DNA of 64,000 nucleotides, from NCBI GenBank assembly GCA_963663805.2, contig CAXXMR010000012.1, positions 64,001-128,000 of the forward strand, given 5' to 3'. The notes below the pieces were generated by a model. It was not told the origin of the DNA and ran no database searches. It saw only the letters and a program-made list of their open reading frames with translations. The position numbers and the translations under genes are program-made. Of this stretch, positions 29,019 to 38,831 are shown piece by piece; position 1 is the first letter of the stretch; each line of letters starts with the position of its first letter. The DNA is from Sedimentisphaerales bacterium. GTDB taxonomy: Bacteria; Planctomycetota; Phycisphaerae; Sedimentisphaerales; SM23-30.

Positions 29019-30026
29019 TTACTGGTTTCGGTGCATCATCAGCAGGGTGAGTGTCATGGTCTGGAAGACCGCGGCGAGCATTAAAGATGTGTGGACGGAC
29101 TGGATTTTGGCTTCGGGGTCGGACCAGAAATAAAACGCCAGGCCCAGGCAAAGCAGGACTATCATCTGGACAATTCCGGCGAACAGTTTCGGCAGTGAAA
29201 ATTCCGTGAAGCTATGCTGGCGATTCTGAACCTGAAGCTCTCTTAATATCTGACGCAGTAAATCGGCACTTTCTTTTGCGCGTTTGGCACGTTTTTTAGG
29301 CTGAGGCTCATCTGCCGCCCCGTTATTTACCAGTTTAGCTTTAACCGCAACTTCTTCTGTCGATTCAAGCGCTGAAATTTCGTCATTCATTACAGGTTCA
29401 CTTTCCGATTCAGTTTCTGGTTCGGGCTCAACTATTGCTTCAATCTTATTAACCGTCGCGTTTTCCTTACTGTAGCGGACTACAAGATTGGCGGCTTCTT
29501 TGAGATTAACGGCTTTGTAGTCGGGGACGGCACTGCCCCGCCGCACGAGCGCTGAACTGCCTGGGGTTTCGATAAGAACGGTGCGGCAGCCAGCCCGCTG
29601 CCCGGCCATAATATCGCGGTCGTCATCGCCTATCATCCAACTGTGCTGCAAATCGAGGTCAAGTTCCTCCGCCGCCAGCAGCAGCATACCGGGTTCGGGT
29701 TTGCGGAGTTCACTTTCGCGTCGATATTTTTCGATGGCTCCTTCGGGATGGAAGGGGCAATAATAAATCTGGTCGAGAAAAACACCTTCGCGAGCGAGCA
29801 GGGCCTTCATGCGTCCGTGAATCTCACTGAGTTTGGCTTCGGTAATCATACCGCGGGCAACGGCAGACTGATTCGTGATGAGAACCAAAACGTAATCTCG
29901 TTCCCGCAACTGACGCAGGGACGCACCGGCATGAGGTGCCAGGCGGACCTGGTCGGGGTCTGTCAGGTAGTCATAATGTTCCAGTAGAGTTCCATCTCTA
30001 TCGAGAAATACCGCTCGGCGTGCCAT
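29019..30026 (-). CDS. gmhB: D,D-heptose 1,7-bisphosphate phosphatase with C-terminal two-TM extension
   Basis: FLDRDGTL, TNQSAVARG, YCPFHP, RKPEPGM, MIGD; acidic linker and two hydrophobic helices. Confidence 0.88.
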   Translation of the reverse strand: MARRAVFLDRDGTLLEHYDYLTDPDQVRLAPHAGASLRQLRERDYVLVLITNQSAVARGMITEAKLSEIHGRMKALLAREGVFLDQIYYCPFHPEGAIEKYRRESELRKPEPGMLLLAAEELDLDLQHSWMIGDDDRDIMAGQRAGCRTVLIETPGSSALVRRGSAVPDYKAVNLKEAANLVVRYSKENATVNKIEAIVEPEPETESESEPVMNDEISALESTEEVAVKAKLVNNGAADEPQPKKRAKRAKESADLLRQILRELQVQNRQHSFTEFSLPKLFAGIVQMIVLLCLGLAFYFWSDPEAKIQSVHTSLMLAAVFQTMTLTLLMMHRNQ

Positions 30027-31552
30027 TATTCTTTTTCCAATATCTGCCCTGATGTTTTTTTGATAACCTGTTCAATTATGTTGGTGGTACTGCGGCCCTT
30101 GCTCAGAGGGACAAGCACAACCTCGCCGCCATGGTCCTCGACCCATTCCTGACCGACGACCGCACCTTGCCAGTCTGTCCCTTTTATGAGAACGTCCGGG
30201 GTGAGCATTTCGATTAATTTTATCGGCGTTTCCTCGTCGAACACGGTGACATAATCCACCGCCTCGAGTGCGGCGATCAAGGCGGCCCGGTCCTGCTCTT
30301 TCAATATTGGGCGAGATTCGCCTTTCAGTTGCCGCACCGAACGGTCGCTATTGATTGCCACGACCAGGACATCGCCCTGCTCTCGTGCAAAGCTCAGGAG
30401 TTTGATATGGCCGGGATGGAGTAAATCGAAACAGCCGTTGGTGAATACCACTTTCATACCCTGCTGTTTGTAGGACTGTACCTCGCGCAGCAGGGATTGA
30501 TGGTCACGAATTTTGCCTTTTTCGCTGCGATTCTCACGCAGTAAGTCTGTTACGATTTCATCTCGTGAAATGCCCACACTGCCGAACCGTTCGACCTCCA
30601 GTCCGCCGGCGACGTTTGCCAATCGGACCGCTTCGCTTAACGTGGGAGTGTCCTGGGATTTTTGGGCACCGCCGATTATCAGGCCGAGCATGGCAAGTAC
30701 CATATCGCCGGCACCGGTAACATCATAAACACTGCGGGCACGGGTGGGGACGAGCTCACTTTTGACATCCGGGTTGCGGCTGAAAACATAAGCGCCCTGC
30801 ATATCCAGAGTAACTACGACATTTTCGATGTCATATTTTTCGCTGAGTTGGCGGGCGGCCTGGGCGGCAGTAGATTCGTCTTTAACTTCGATGCTGGTTG
30901 CCAGAGAAAGTTCGCGGCGATTTGGTTTAATGAGCCAGACTCCGCGATACCTTTGGTAATTTGTGGTGGAGGCGGGGTCGACGATGACTTTTTTGTTGGC
31001 CTGTTTCGCAGCGGCGATTACCTTCGGGCTGAATTCCTCGCTCAGCACGCCCTTATTATAATCTTCGAGGCAAACCACGTCGCAGTCTTTCAATTCCGCC
31101 GTAACATAATTCAGTAGTCTTTGCTGAGTGTCACTGTTTATATCTCCGGTTGATTCTTCATCTATTCTCATCAACTGCTGGCGGTGGCGGTGCTGAGCCA
31201 AACCGATTATTCGCTGTTTGGAGGTGGTAGGTCTGTCTTTTACTGAAATCAGACCGGAGACTTCGACCTCTTCCAGTTCGTTCAGCATACCGCGGAGTTT
31301 ATCGCCAGTCGCGTCATCGCCCAGTACTCCGACACATTTGGTCGGGACTTTTAAGGTGGCAAGATGCATGGCGACAGAACCGGCACCGCCGGGGCGTTCC
31401 TCACGGCCACATACGTTCAGGACCACCACAGGGGCTTCGGGCGAAATGCGGTCGATATTGCCGAGCAGATAATGGTCCAGCATGAAATCGCCCACCAGCA
31501 TGACCCGCGGATGACCAATGTGATTTAATATTCTTAATAATCGCTCAAACAT
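30026..31552 (-). CDS. hldE: Bifunctional heptose-7-phosphate kinase/heptose-1-phosphate adenylyltransferase
   Basis: RISPEAPV, DVTGAGD, FTNGCFDLLHPGH, NSDRSV..LKG. Confidence 0.95.
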   Translation of the reverse strand: MFERLLRILNHIGHPRVMLVGDFMLDHYLLGNIDRISPEAPVVVLNVCGREERPGGAGSVAMHLATLKVPTKCVGVLGDDATGDKLRGMLNELEEVEVSGLISVKDRPTTSKQRIIGLAQHRHRQQLMRIDEESTGDINSDTQQRLLNYVTAELKDCDVVCLEDYNKGVLSEEFSPKVIAAAKQANKKVIVDPASTTNYQRYRGVWLIKPNRRELSLATSIEVKDESTAAQAARQLSEKYDIENVVVTLDMQGAYVFSRNPDVKSELVPTRARSVYDVTGAGDMVLAMLGLIIGGAQKSQDTPTLSEAVRLANVAGGLEVERFGSVGISRDEIVTDLLRENRSEKGKIRDHQSLLREVQSYKQQGMKVVFTNGCFDLLHPGHIKLLSFAREQGDVLVVAINSDRSVRQLKGESRPILKEQDRAALIAALEAVDYVTVFDEETPIKLIEMLTPDVLIKGTDWQGAVVGQEWVEDHGGEVVLVPLSKGRSTTNIIEQVIKKTSGQILEKE

Positions 31553-31555
31553 TTT

Positions 31556-32515
31556 TTAACTTTCCAGCAAATGAAGTATCCACATCCGCAAAAGCGGCAG
31601 GTTGATTTCATGATGGCCCGTAACCGAGAAACTCCTGCCCTTTTGCACAGGTCTATCGAGGACATTTTGACGGACGCGGTACTGGTTCATCATATCGAGG
31701 TTGGCGGTGTACATTTCGTCGAGGTTGACGCCCATGTTTCTTGCTACCGAAACGGCTTTGAGGAAGACTTCGGGGAGGATTACGGCTGAGCCGATGTTGA
31801 CCCAGACTCCGCCGCCTGATAGGTCCGCGACGGCGGCACAAATTCGGCGAAAATCTATGAGGGACGCCTGGCCTATATCGGCACCGCAGGCCTGGGGGTG
31901 CATGTGTACGGTATCGGTTCCGACGGCAACGTGCATAGTGGCAAGTTTATCATATTTATCTACAGCGGCGAGTAAACTGGAATCTCGCTGGGGCAATTCG
32001 CGTTCGTTTATGAGCCGTCCTAGCGCACTGGCCAGGCCGATGCCTTGTTCACAGCCGAGCTTCGCGGCGGCGGATAGTATTTCGGGTGCTTCCTGAGTCA
32101 TTCCGAAGCGGCCTTTGTTTAAGGTGTCGCCTACATCTTCGGAGGTCTGGCCGAAACCAGCCATTTCAAAATCGTGGATTCCGCCGGCACCGTTGAGAGC
32201 GATGCCGCTGAGGATTCCCCGCTTCATTAAATCTATAATGATGGGCGAGCAGCCGACCTTGATTACATGGGCTCCCATAGCGAAAAATACGGGGCGTCCT
32301 TTTTTGACGGCCTGGGCGATAACTTCGGCCAAACCGCGTAACTGCGCGGCGCCGAGAAAATCGGGGAAACTTTCCAGAAACTCCGCGGCAGAAGCTGACG
32401 CTTCGGGCAGCTTCGCCAGGGCAGCGACATCGACTTTATGAGAGCGTTGACAGGTCGGGAATGTCTTCAAACCTCTGACGTCTATCGGCTGGTATTTGCC
32501 GGGTACCTGCGACAT
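31556..32515 (-). CDS. Conserved protein with a DHS-like (deoxyhypusine synthase-related) fold
   Basis: MGAHVIKVG, GGIHDFE, TSEDV..G.FG, GSAVILPEVFLKA, GHHEI. Confidence 0.6.
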   Translation of the reverse strand: MSQVPGKYQPIDVRGLKTFPTCQRSHKVDVAALAKLPEASASAAEFLESFPDFLGAAQLRGLAEVIAQAVKKGRPVFFAMGAHVIKVGCSPIIIDLMKRGILSGIALNGAGGIHDFEMAGFGQTSEDVGDTLNKGRFGMTQEAPEILSAAAKLGCEQGIGLASALGRLINERELPQRDSSLLAAVDKYDKLATMHVAVGTDTVHMHPQACGADIGQASLIDFRRICAAVADLSGGGVWVNIGSAVILPEVFLKAVSVARNMGVNLDEMYTANLDMMNQYRVRQNVLDRPVQKGRSFSVTGHHEINLPLLRMWILHLLES

Positions 32516-33555
32516 AAATCATTTAGCCTTTCTTCGAGCTTATCCTGGCCGTGGCTTATAACCATTTCTACTGACAGGATATACAAATTCAGGTTTTGTA
32601 ATTCTGATTCAAACCGTCTTAGCTTGACCCAATCTTTCTCTGTCGTCAAGATATATTCGGCTGGCGTATCCTTGAGCATTCCGATCAATTCATCAACGAC
32701 TTTGGGGTCATAAGTCTCATGGTCATTCTTGAATCTCCGGGCGACGACTTCGGCTCCCAGGGCTGTTACGGTTTTTTCAAAGGCTTGGGGGTTGCCCAGT
32801 CCGCAAAAAACCGCTACTTTGCGGCCTTTGAGACTATCAAGTTCCGCATTTTCGCCCCGGACCCGTTTCAGTTGGCAGGGCTGGTGCTGGCATTTAACTA
32901 AATCTTTTTCCAATCTCGCGGCCTGGCGAGATACTCTGTCAACCTGGTCGGGTTCAGCTATGTCACAGCGGCTCAAGGCCAGTAAGCTGGCCCGTTTCAA
33001 GCCTGTCAAAGATTCCCGCAGTAATCCACGGGGCAGTACCCATCCGTAACCAAATGGGCAGGTCGCGTCTATCATGACCAAATCCAGGTCGCGGGCCAGT
33101 CGGCGATGCTGAAGGCCATCGTCCATAACAATTACATCAGCCTGGTATTTATCAATGGCCTGTCGGGCGGCGGCAACTCTGTCGGAATCAACCACCATGG
33201 CGACATGGGGCAGGGCCTGACGTAAAAGTTTGGTCTCGTCATTATCGCCTGTCGAAGTACCTTTATAACCCCGGCTGACAATTGCGACTTTTCTACCTTG
33301 AGACTGTAAATATCGACAAATCCAGATGACCATCGGGGTTTTGCCCGTGCCGCCCACGGTTATATTACCGACGCATATTACGGGGACAGGCAATACCGCG
33401 TGAGAGAGAATCCCCCAGTCGTAAAGACGATTTCGCAGGGTCATTATTAAAGTATACAGCAACGCCGGGGCGGACAGAATCAGCCGCATCAGCGTTGCTC
33501 GTATACTTTTATCTCGGCCGCTAAGGACCGCTCTACATTTTGGCGATAATCGCAT
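32482..33555 (-). CDS. lpxK: Tetraacyldisaccharide 4'-kinase
   Basis: [39 protein letters not shown]. Confidence 0.95.
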   Translation of the reverse strand: MRLSPKCRAVLSGRDKSIRATLMRLILSAPALLYTLIMTLRNRLYDWGILSHAVLPVPVICVGNITVGGTGKTPMVIWICRYLQSQGRKVAIVSRGYKGTSTGDNDETKLLRQALPHVAMVVDSDRVAAARQAIDKYQADVIVMDDGLQHRRLARDLDLVMIDATCPFGYGWVLPRGLLRESLTGLKRASLLALSRCDIAEPDQVDRVSRQAARLEKDLVKCQHQPCQLKRVRGENAELDSLKGRKVAVFCGLGNPQAFEKTVTALGAEVVARRFKNDHETYDPKVVDELIGMLKDTPAEYILTTEKDWVKLRRFESELQNLNLYILSVEMVISHGQDKLEERLNDLCRRYPANTSR

Positions 33556-34615
33556 CAGCCATCTCGCTGGTGCCCACGGCCGTCGGGTCGTCCCGATTGG
33601 GCTTCATATCGTAGGTAACGTCCTTGCCTTCAGCGATGACCGCTGCAACGGCTTTTTCCAGTTTATCGGCTTCGGCCCGGAGGTTCATGTGCCGGAGCAT
33701 CATAACCGCGGAAAGAATCAAAGCGACCGGATTGACCTTGTTAAGGCCTTTGTATTTGGGAGCACTGCCGTGGGTGGCTTCAAAGATGGCCATATCAGTA
33801 CCGATATTGGCACCGGGGGCCATGCCCAAACCACCGACCAGACCGGCACAAAGATCGCTCAGTACATCACCGTAAAGGTTGGGCAGTACGATAACATCGT
33901 AAAGCTCAGGCTTCTGAACCAACTGCATGCACATATTGTCAACGATACGGTCTTCAAATTCGATGTCAGGATTCTTGTGGGCGACTTGGCGGCTGACTTC
34001 CAGCCACAGGCCGTCAGAATACTTCATAATATTGGCTTTGTGAACGCTGGTGACTTTTTTGCGACCATTCTGGCGAGCATAGTCAAAAGCGTACTGCACG
34101 ATACGTTCGGTACCGGTAACCGAAATCGGCTTGATGCTAATGCCTGAGTCGGGACGAATCTTACGGTCGCTGTGTTCATTAACCCAGCCAATGAGTTCCT
34201 TTACCGCGTCAGAGTCCTTCTCGAACTCGATACCGGCGTAAAGGTCTTCGGTGTTTTCACGGACCAGCACCAGGTCAATGTCTTCGTACTTACTGCGTAC
34301 CCCTTCGTAGCTCTTGCAGGGCCGCAAGCATACGTAAAGGTCGTACAACTGCCGCAAATGCACGTTGACACTTCGGAACCCCGTACCGACGGGCGTGGTA
34401 ATCGGGGCCTTGATGGCCAGCCCGTTGGCCTTAACCGAATCCAGTGTCGCCTGCGGCAGCGGCGTACCGGCTGTCTCCATTATATCCACACCGGCTTCCT
34501 GAACGTCCCAATCAATTGCTGCACCTGTGGCATCGACACAACGCCGGGTTGCCTCGGCGATTTCCGGACCAATCCCGTCACCTCTAATTAATGTAACCTT
34601 TTGCAAAATAAGCAC
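33533..34615 (-). CDS. icd: Isocitrate/isopropylmalate dehydrogenase family, NAD-IDH type
   Basis: [56 protein letters not shown]. Confidence 0.88.
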   Translation of the reverse strand: MLILQKVTLIRGDGIGPEIAEATRRCVDATGAAIDWDVQEAGVDIMETAGTPLPQATLDSVKANGLAIKAPITTPVGTGFRSVNVHLRQLYDLYVCLRPCKSYEGVRSKYEDIDLVLVRENTEDLYAGIEFEKDSDAVKELIGWVNEHSDRKIRPDSGISIKPISVTGTERIVQYAFDYARQNGRKKVTSVHKANIMKYSDGLWLEVSRQVAHKNPDIEFEDRIVDNMCMQLVQKPELYDVIVLPNLYGDVLSDLCAGLVGGLGMAPGANIGTDMAIFEATHGSAPKYKGLNKVNPVALILSAVMMLRHMNLRAEADKLEKAVAAVIAEGKDVTYDMKPNRDDPTAVGTSEMADAIIAKM

Positions 34616-34738
34616 CTCTGTTTCCTACGTACCGCAACTAACATAAATTACTACTATCCCTAAAGATTGTGGATGCTACCGCCGATTATGGGTGCTGTCA
34701 ATTAAATTGCCGAATAGCACCTACTGAAGCACAGGGCT

Positions 34739-35554
34739 TTACATACCGGGGATTGTGCCCACCGCCCGGAACTGTCGCGGGGTCATGCTCATCCGTCGTC
34801 TAAAGGCCCGGGCGAAATTGGTGGGCGAGTCAAAGGCCAGCCGGACCGCTATCTCTTTGTTGCTAAGTACTGTCTCTTTAAGGAGATGACAGGCTAACAC
34901 GATTTTTTGCTGCTGGATATAATCCCGCAGAGTGACCCCTACTTGTTCATGGAATATCCGAGAGAGATGCTCGCGTGAGACCTTAAACTCATCGGCCAGG
35001 TCGGTTATCCGAATAGTCTTTTCCAGCGACTCCTGAATCCGCTGACAAATCTGCCGCACCAGCGTATTTTGGATATCGCTGCTTCCCTGAGCCGCCGCGG
35101 TACGCCCCAGGTTCAGCAGTACATCCATAACCATCTGGGCACTGTCGTAGGGCAGCACCTCAAACGTCGTCCCGTCGTACCGTTGATAAGCCGCCAGCCG
35201 CTGCAAATATCGATCGTCTGTGCCCAACTGGTATACCGGCCCAAACCGCCCTGTCAGTTCGCGCATCATCTCGATTGACCGGCCCCCTTCGAAATTCATC
35301 CACAAAAACTCCCATGGTTCTTTGCCGTCTGAGGGATAATAATACGCTGTGGCGGGGTCGCAGACCTGGCAAATAAACACGTCGCCCGGGCTGACCCGAT
35401 GTTCGCCGGCACCATCCCGAAAAACCCCCTGGCCTGAAAGGGTATAGACCAGCAGACCATTCCGCTCATTCTGGCGATACTTGCCCACGTTGCGATATAT
35501 CTCACTCTCAGCCCGCCCCACCGCGAGCATGGTTGCCTGGGGCAGTTCCGCCAT
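34739..35554 (-). CDS. AraC-family transcriptional regulator
   Basis: Cupin N-domain; VSREHLSRIF, FDSPTNFARAFRR...TPRQFR; start uncertain. Confidence 0.9.
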   Translation of the reverse strand: MAELPQATMLAVGRAESEIYRNVGKYRQNERNGLLVYTLSGQGVFRDGAGEHRVSPGDVFICQVCDPATAYYYPSDGKEPWEFLWMNFEGGRSIEMMRELTGRFGPVYQLGTDDRYLQRLAAYQRYDGTTFEVLPYDSAQMVMDVLLNLGRTAAAQGSSDIQNTLVRQICQRIQESLEKTIRITDLADEFKVSREHLSRIFHEQVGVTLRDYIQQQKIVLACHLLKETVLSNKEIAVRLAFDSPTNFARAFRRRMSMTPRQFRAVGTIPGM

Positions 35555-35760
35555 GGGCCGAAACACCCGAAAAGCCACCGTCCAGCATCTGCGTAAAAAA
35601 ATCACAAATTGAGCCTCAATGTCACCTACAGTAATCAGTTTAGTCCTGAAATTACCAAAAAATCGGTTACAATACAACAAGAAAAATTATTACCACCAAG
35701 TCGCAGCACCACACAAAATGAATATAAATCTCACATTGTGAAAATCCGAAAGGACGAAAA

Positions 35761-36873
35761 ATGCTTCCTTCAGCGTGCAAACTACGCAACACTTACGCTA
35801 TCACACCCAACGCCCCGTTCTACCAGAAGACCTTTGGGCTATCGATGTGCCTGGAGAGCTGGCATGAAAAAGGTCTGGACCGTGGAACCGACCTTAACAA
35901 GCTTTTCGGATTTGACCAGCCCGGCTTCCATAAGGTCGACCAACTGGGCTGGTGCGAAGCGGCTTTCTGTCCGCTTTTTGAAACCAGGCATATCGAATAT
36001 CGCGACGAAAATCATGAAGTCGTTCAGGACAGTGCCGGGCGACATTTGCTGGTTTTCAAAGGTCGTCTTCAGGGCTTTATGCCGGAATACCTCGACCACC
36101 CCGTCAAGGACATGAAAAGCTGGGTTGAAAAGGTTAAATGGCGGCTGGACCCGGCTGCTCCGGGGCGATTTGACAGTCTGGAAAAACGTATGGCAGAAGC
36201 TCAACTCGCTGAGCGAGAGGGGCTTATGATTCAGCAGAATCTCATCGGCGGCTATATGTATCTACGCAGTCTTATCGGGCCGGAACCGCTGCTTTATGCC
36301 TTCTACGATATACCGGACTTGATACATGACTGTATGCAGAGCTGGTTCAATCTCGCTGACGCGGTGATTGCCCGGCATCAGCAATATGTTACTATCGATG
36401 AAATTTTCCTGGCTGAGGACATCTGCTACAACCACGGTGCGTTAATCTCGCCTGATACGATGAAGGAATTTTTGCTGCCCTATTATCAGCAGTTGATTGC
36501 AAATCTGAAAGGTCGCCAGCTCGAGGCGGCGCGTCATCTTTATGTTCAGGTCGATACCGACGGGCTGGCTGGGCCGGTTATCGATATTTATCGGGAAGCT
36601 ATCGGGATGGATGCCATGAGTCCGTTTGAGGTTGCCTCCGGCTGTGATGTCGTAGCGGTCGCGCAGCAATACCCCGACCTGGTTATCAGCGGCGGTATTG
36701 ACAAAAGAGTATTGGCTCAGGATTTGACCGCTATTGACAAGCATCTCGATTATATTCTACCTTACATGCATAAACGGGGCGGATATATACCGACCTGCGA
36801 CCACGGCGTGCCGCCTGAAGTACCCCTGGAAAACTACCTGCATTATCGCAAGCGGTGCCTGGAATACAATTAG
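35761..36873 (+). CDS. Uroporphyrinogen decarboxylase/MtaA-CmuA superfamily protein
   Basis: EDICYNHGALISP, VDTDG, GGIDKR, YIPTCDHGVPPEVPLENY; divergent from the araC-family gene. Confidence 0.8.
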   Translation: MLPSACKLRNTYAITPNAPFYQKTFGLSMCLESWHEKGLDRGTDLNKLFGFDQPGFHKVDQLGWCEAAFCPLFETRHIEYRDENHEVVQDSAGRHLLVFKGRLQGFMPEYLDHPVKDMKSWVEKVKWRLDPAAPGRFDSLEKRMAEAQLAEREGLMIQQNLIGGYMYLRSLIGPEPLLYAFYDIPDLIHDCMQSWFNLADAVIARHQQYVTIDEIFLAEDICYNHGALISPDTMKEFLLPYYQQLIANLKGRQLEAARHLYVQVDTDGLAGPVIDIYREAIGMDAMSPFEVASGCDVVAVAQQYPDLVISGGIDKRVLAQDLTAIDKHLDYILPYMHKRGGYIPTCDHGVPPEVPLENYLHYRKRCLEYN

Positions 36874-36990
36874 AACCGGTTTAATTACTGGAAAACCGCC
36901 TTACCCCGACCTATGATAACATAATGATGTGAGGGACTAAAAATCCCCTCCCCCGTGAATACATAATAGAATGGGTTTAAGGCGGCTTCC

Positions 36991-38142
36991 GTGTATTTAA
37001 GGCTTCTTATAATAATATTAACCCTGACCATCGTGGGGTGTGACCGCGAGGAGCCGTTTTCTGAGGCGGCTGTGCCTGTAGCCCAGCTCAGGATTAACCA
37101 CAGTTGGCTTACCTATCGCAACAGCCCTGAGCTGAATGGTTACGTTGATGCTGACCTGAGTGACAGGTTTGAGATTGCCTGGACCTTCACCACAGGCGGT
37201 GAGGTTCGAGCTTCGGCGGTCATTTCTGACAATACCGTTTACATTGGTTCCTACGATGGTTTTTTCTACGCCCTTGACCTTGACAGCGGTAGCGAGATAT
37301 GGCGTTTTCAAACCGAGGATATAATCGAAAGCACTGCCTGCATTCGTGAAAATATCTTGTGCTTCGGCTCGGCTGACGGGTATGTCTATGCTCTGGAAAG
37401 AGATAATGGGCGGCTGCTCTGGAAATTCAAGACCAAGGCCAAAATTCTCGGCCCGGTAAACAGCTTCACCGATAGCAACGCTCACGAATATGTAATATTT
37501 GGCAGTTATGACAGCAATCTATACTGTCTGGAGCTTCAAACCGGTGCGGTCAGATGGCAATACGAAGCGGAAAGTTATATCAATGGCGCAGCGACGATTC
37601 GAGCTGGCCAAATTGCCTTTGGCAGCTGCGACGCGAAAATCAGAGTTCTCGCTACGAATGGCCGGCTCATTCGCGAAATTGAAACCGCCGCCTATATCCC
37701 CGGCTCTGTCGTCATGGATGACAATTCAGTTTACGCGGGCAACTACGATAATATTTTTGTTCGTGCCGACCTCGAGAGCGGTGATATTCTCTGGAAGTTT
37801 AAGACTGAATCACCATTTTTCGCTCCGCCGGCGGTATCGGAAAATCGTGTCATTGTCGGCTGCCATGATAACCGACTATATTGCCTCGACAAATCGACTG
37901 GCAAACAACTCTGGTCTTTCACCGCTCAGGATGAAATCAATTCCGCCCCCATTATCTGTCGCGAACGGGTGGTCTGCGGCTGCGATGACGGCAGATTGTA
38001 TATGCTCAATATCAGCAATGGGCAAAAAATCTGGTCCCACAATCTGGGACAGCCTGTCGAGTCCAGCCCCGCTTTAGCTGAGGGGAAGTTAGTGGCGGGC
38101 TGTGACGACGGAAAAATTTACGCCTTTTCGATACCAAAATGA
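36991..38142 (+). CDS. Lipoprotein with PQQ-like/BamB-type beta-propeller
   Basis: Lipobox IVGC; eight repeats of VY.GS.DG..YALD..G...W.F. Confidence 0.85.
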   Translation: MYLRLLIIILTLTIVGCDREEPFSEAAVPVAQLRINHSWLTYRNSPELNGYVDADLSDRFEIAWTFTTGGEVRASAVISDNTVYIGSYDGFFYALDLDSGSEIWRFQTEDIIESTACIRENILCFGSADGYVYALERDNGRLLWKFKTKAKILGPVNSFTDSNAHEYVIFGSYDSNLYCLELQTGAVRWQYEAESYINGAATIRAGQIAFGSCDAKIRVLATNGRLIREIETAAYIPGSVVMDDNSVYAGNYDNIFVRADLESGDILWKFKTESPFFAPPAVSENRVIVGCHDNRLYCLDKSTGKQLWSFTAQDEINSAPIICRERVVCGCDDGRLYMLNISNGQKIWSHNLGQPVESSPALAEGKLVAGCDDGKIYAFSIPK

Positions 38143-38831
38143 AAAATGCCATGATCGAACTAAAAAACATCCACAAACAATATCCCCGCAACAATTCACC
38201 CGCACCGCTGGTGGTCCTGGACAATTTGAACCTGCAAATTTCCGCCGGTGAATCCCTCGCCATCGTCGGTCCTTCCGGCTGCGGCAAATCCACTCTGCTG
38301 CATATCGCCGGGGCTCTCGATGTCCCCACCAGCGGTACAGTTCTGCTGAATAATCGGGACATCTCCCAACTCAACGAAAAACAACGTGCGAATATCCGCA
38401 ACCGCGAAATCGGCTTTATTTTTCAGCTCCATTATCTGTTGCCGCAATGTACCGTACAGGAAAATATTTTGCTGCCGACTCTCGCGAATTCATCCCCTAA
38501 CAATGATCAGGTCGGGCAATACGCCCACCAACTTCTTAAGGCTGTCGAACTGACAGAATTCGCCGATTACCTGCCCGGCCAACTGTCAGGCGGACAACGC
38601 CAACGGGCCGCCGTAGCCCGTGCCCTCATCAATAAACCATCAATCATACTCGCGGATGAACCGACCGGCTCACTCGACGAACATACCGCCGAGACGATAG
38701 GCGAGCTGCTGATTAAGCTTAATTGTGAACATCAGCTTACTTTGCTGGTTGTTACGCATTCGCCGAGTCTGGCGGGGAAAATGAATAGGACATATAAACT
38801 GGCAAATGGACAATTAGAGCTTCACCAATGA
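38139..38831 (+). CDS. ABC transporter ATP-binding protein (LolD/MacB-like)
   Basis: GPSGCGKST, LSGGQRQR, LADEPTGSLD, VTH. Confidence 0.95.
   Translation: MKNAMIELKNIHKQYPRNNSPAPLVVLDNLNLQISAGESLAIVGPSGCGKSTLLHIAGALDVPTSGTVLLNNRDISQLNEKQRANIRNREIGFIFQLHYLLPQCTVQENILLPTLANSSPNNDQVGQYAHQLLKAVELTEFADYLPGQLSGGQRQRAAVARALINKPSIILADEPTGSLDEHTAETIGELLIKLNCEHQLTLLVVTHSPSLAGKMNRTYKLANGQLELHQ

Noticed and set aside
36905..36950. Possible dif site (TTATGTTA on the minus strand) near the skew switch; a similar half-site at ~34636-34646
   Set aside because: Only the XerD-like arm matches; there is no XerC-like arm at the right spacing
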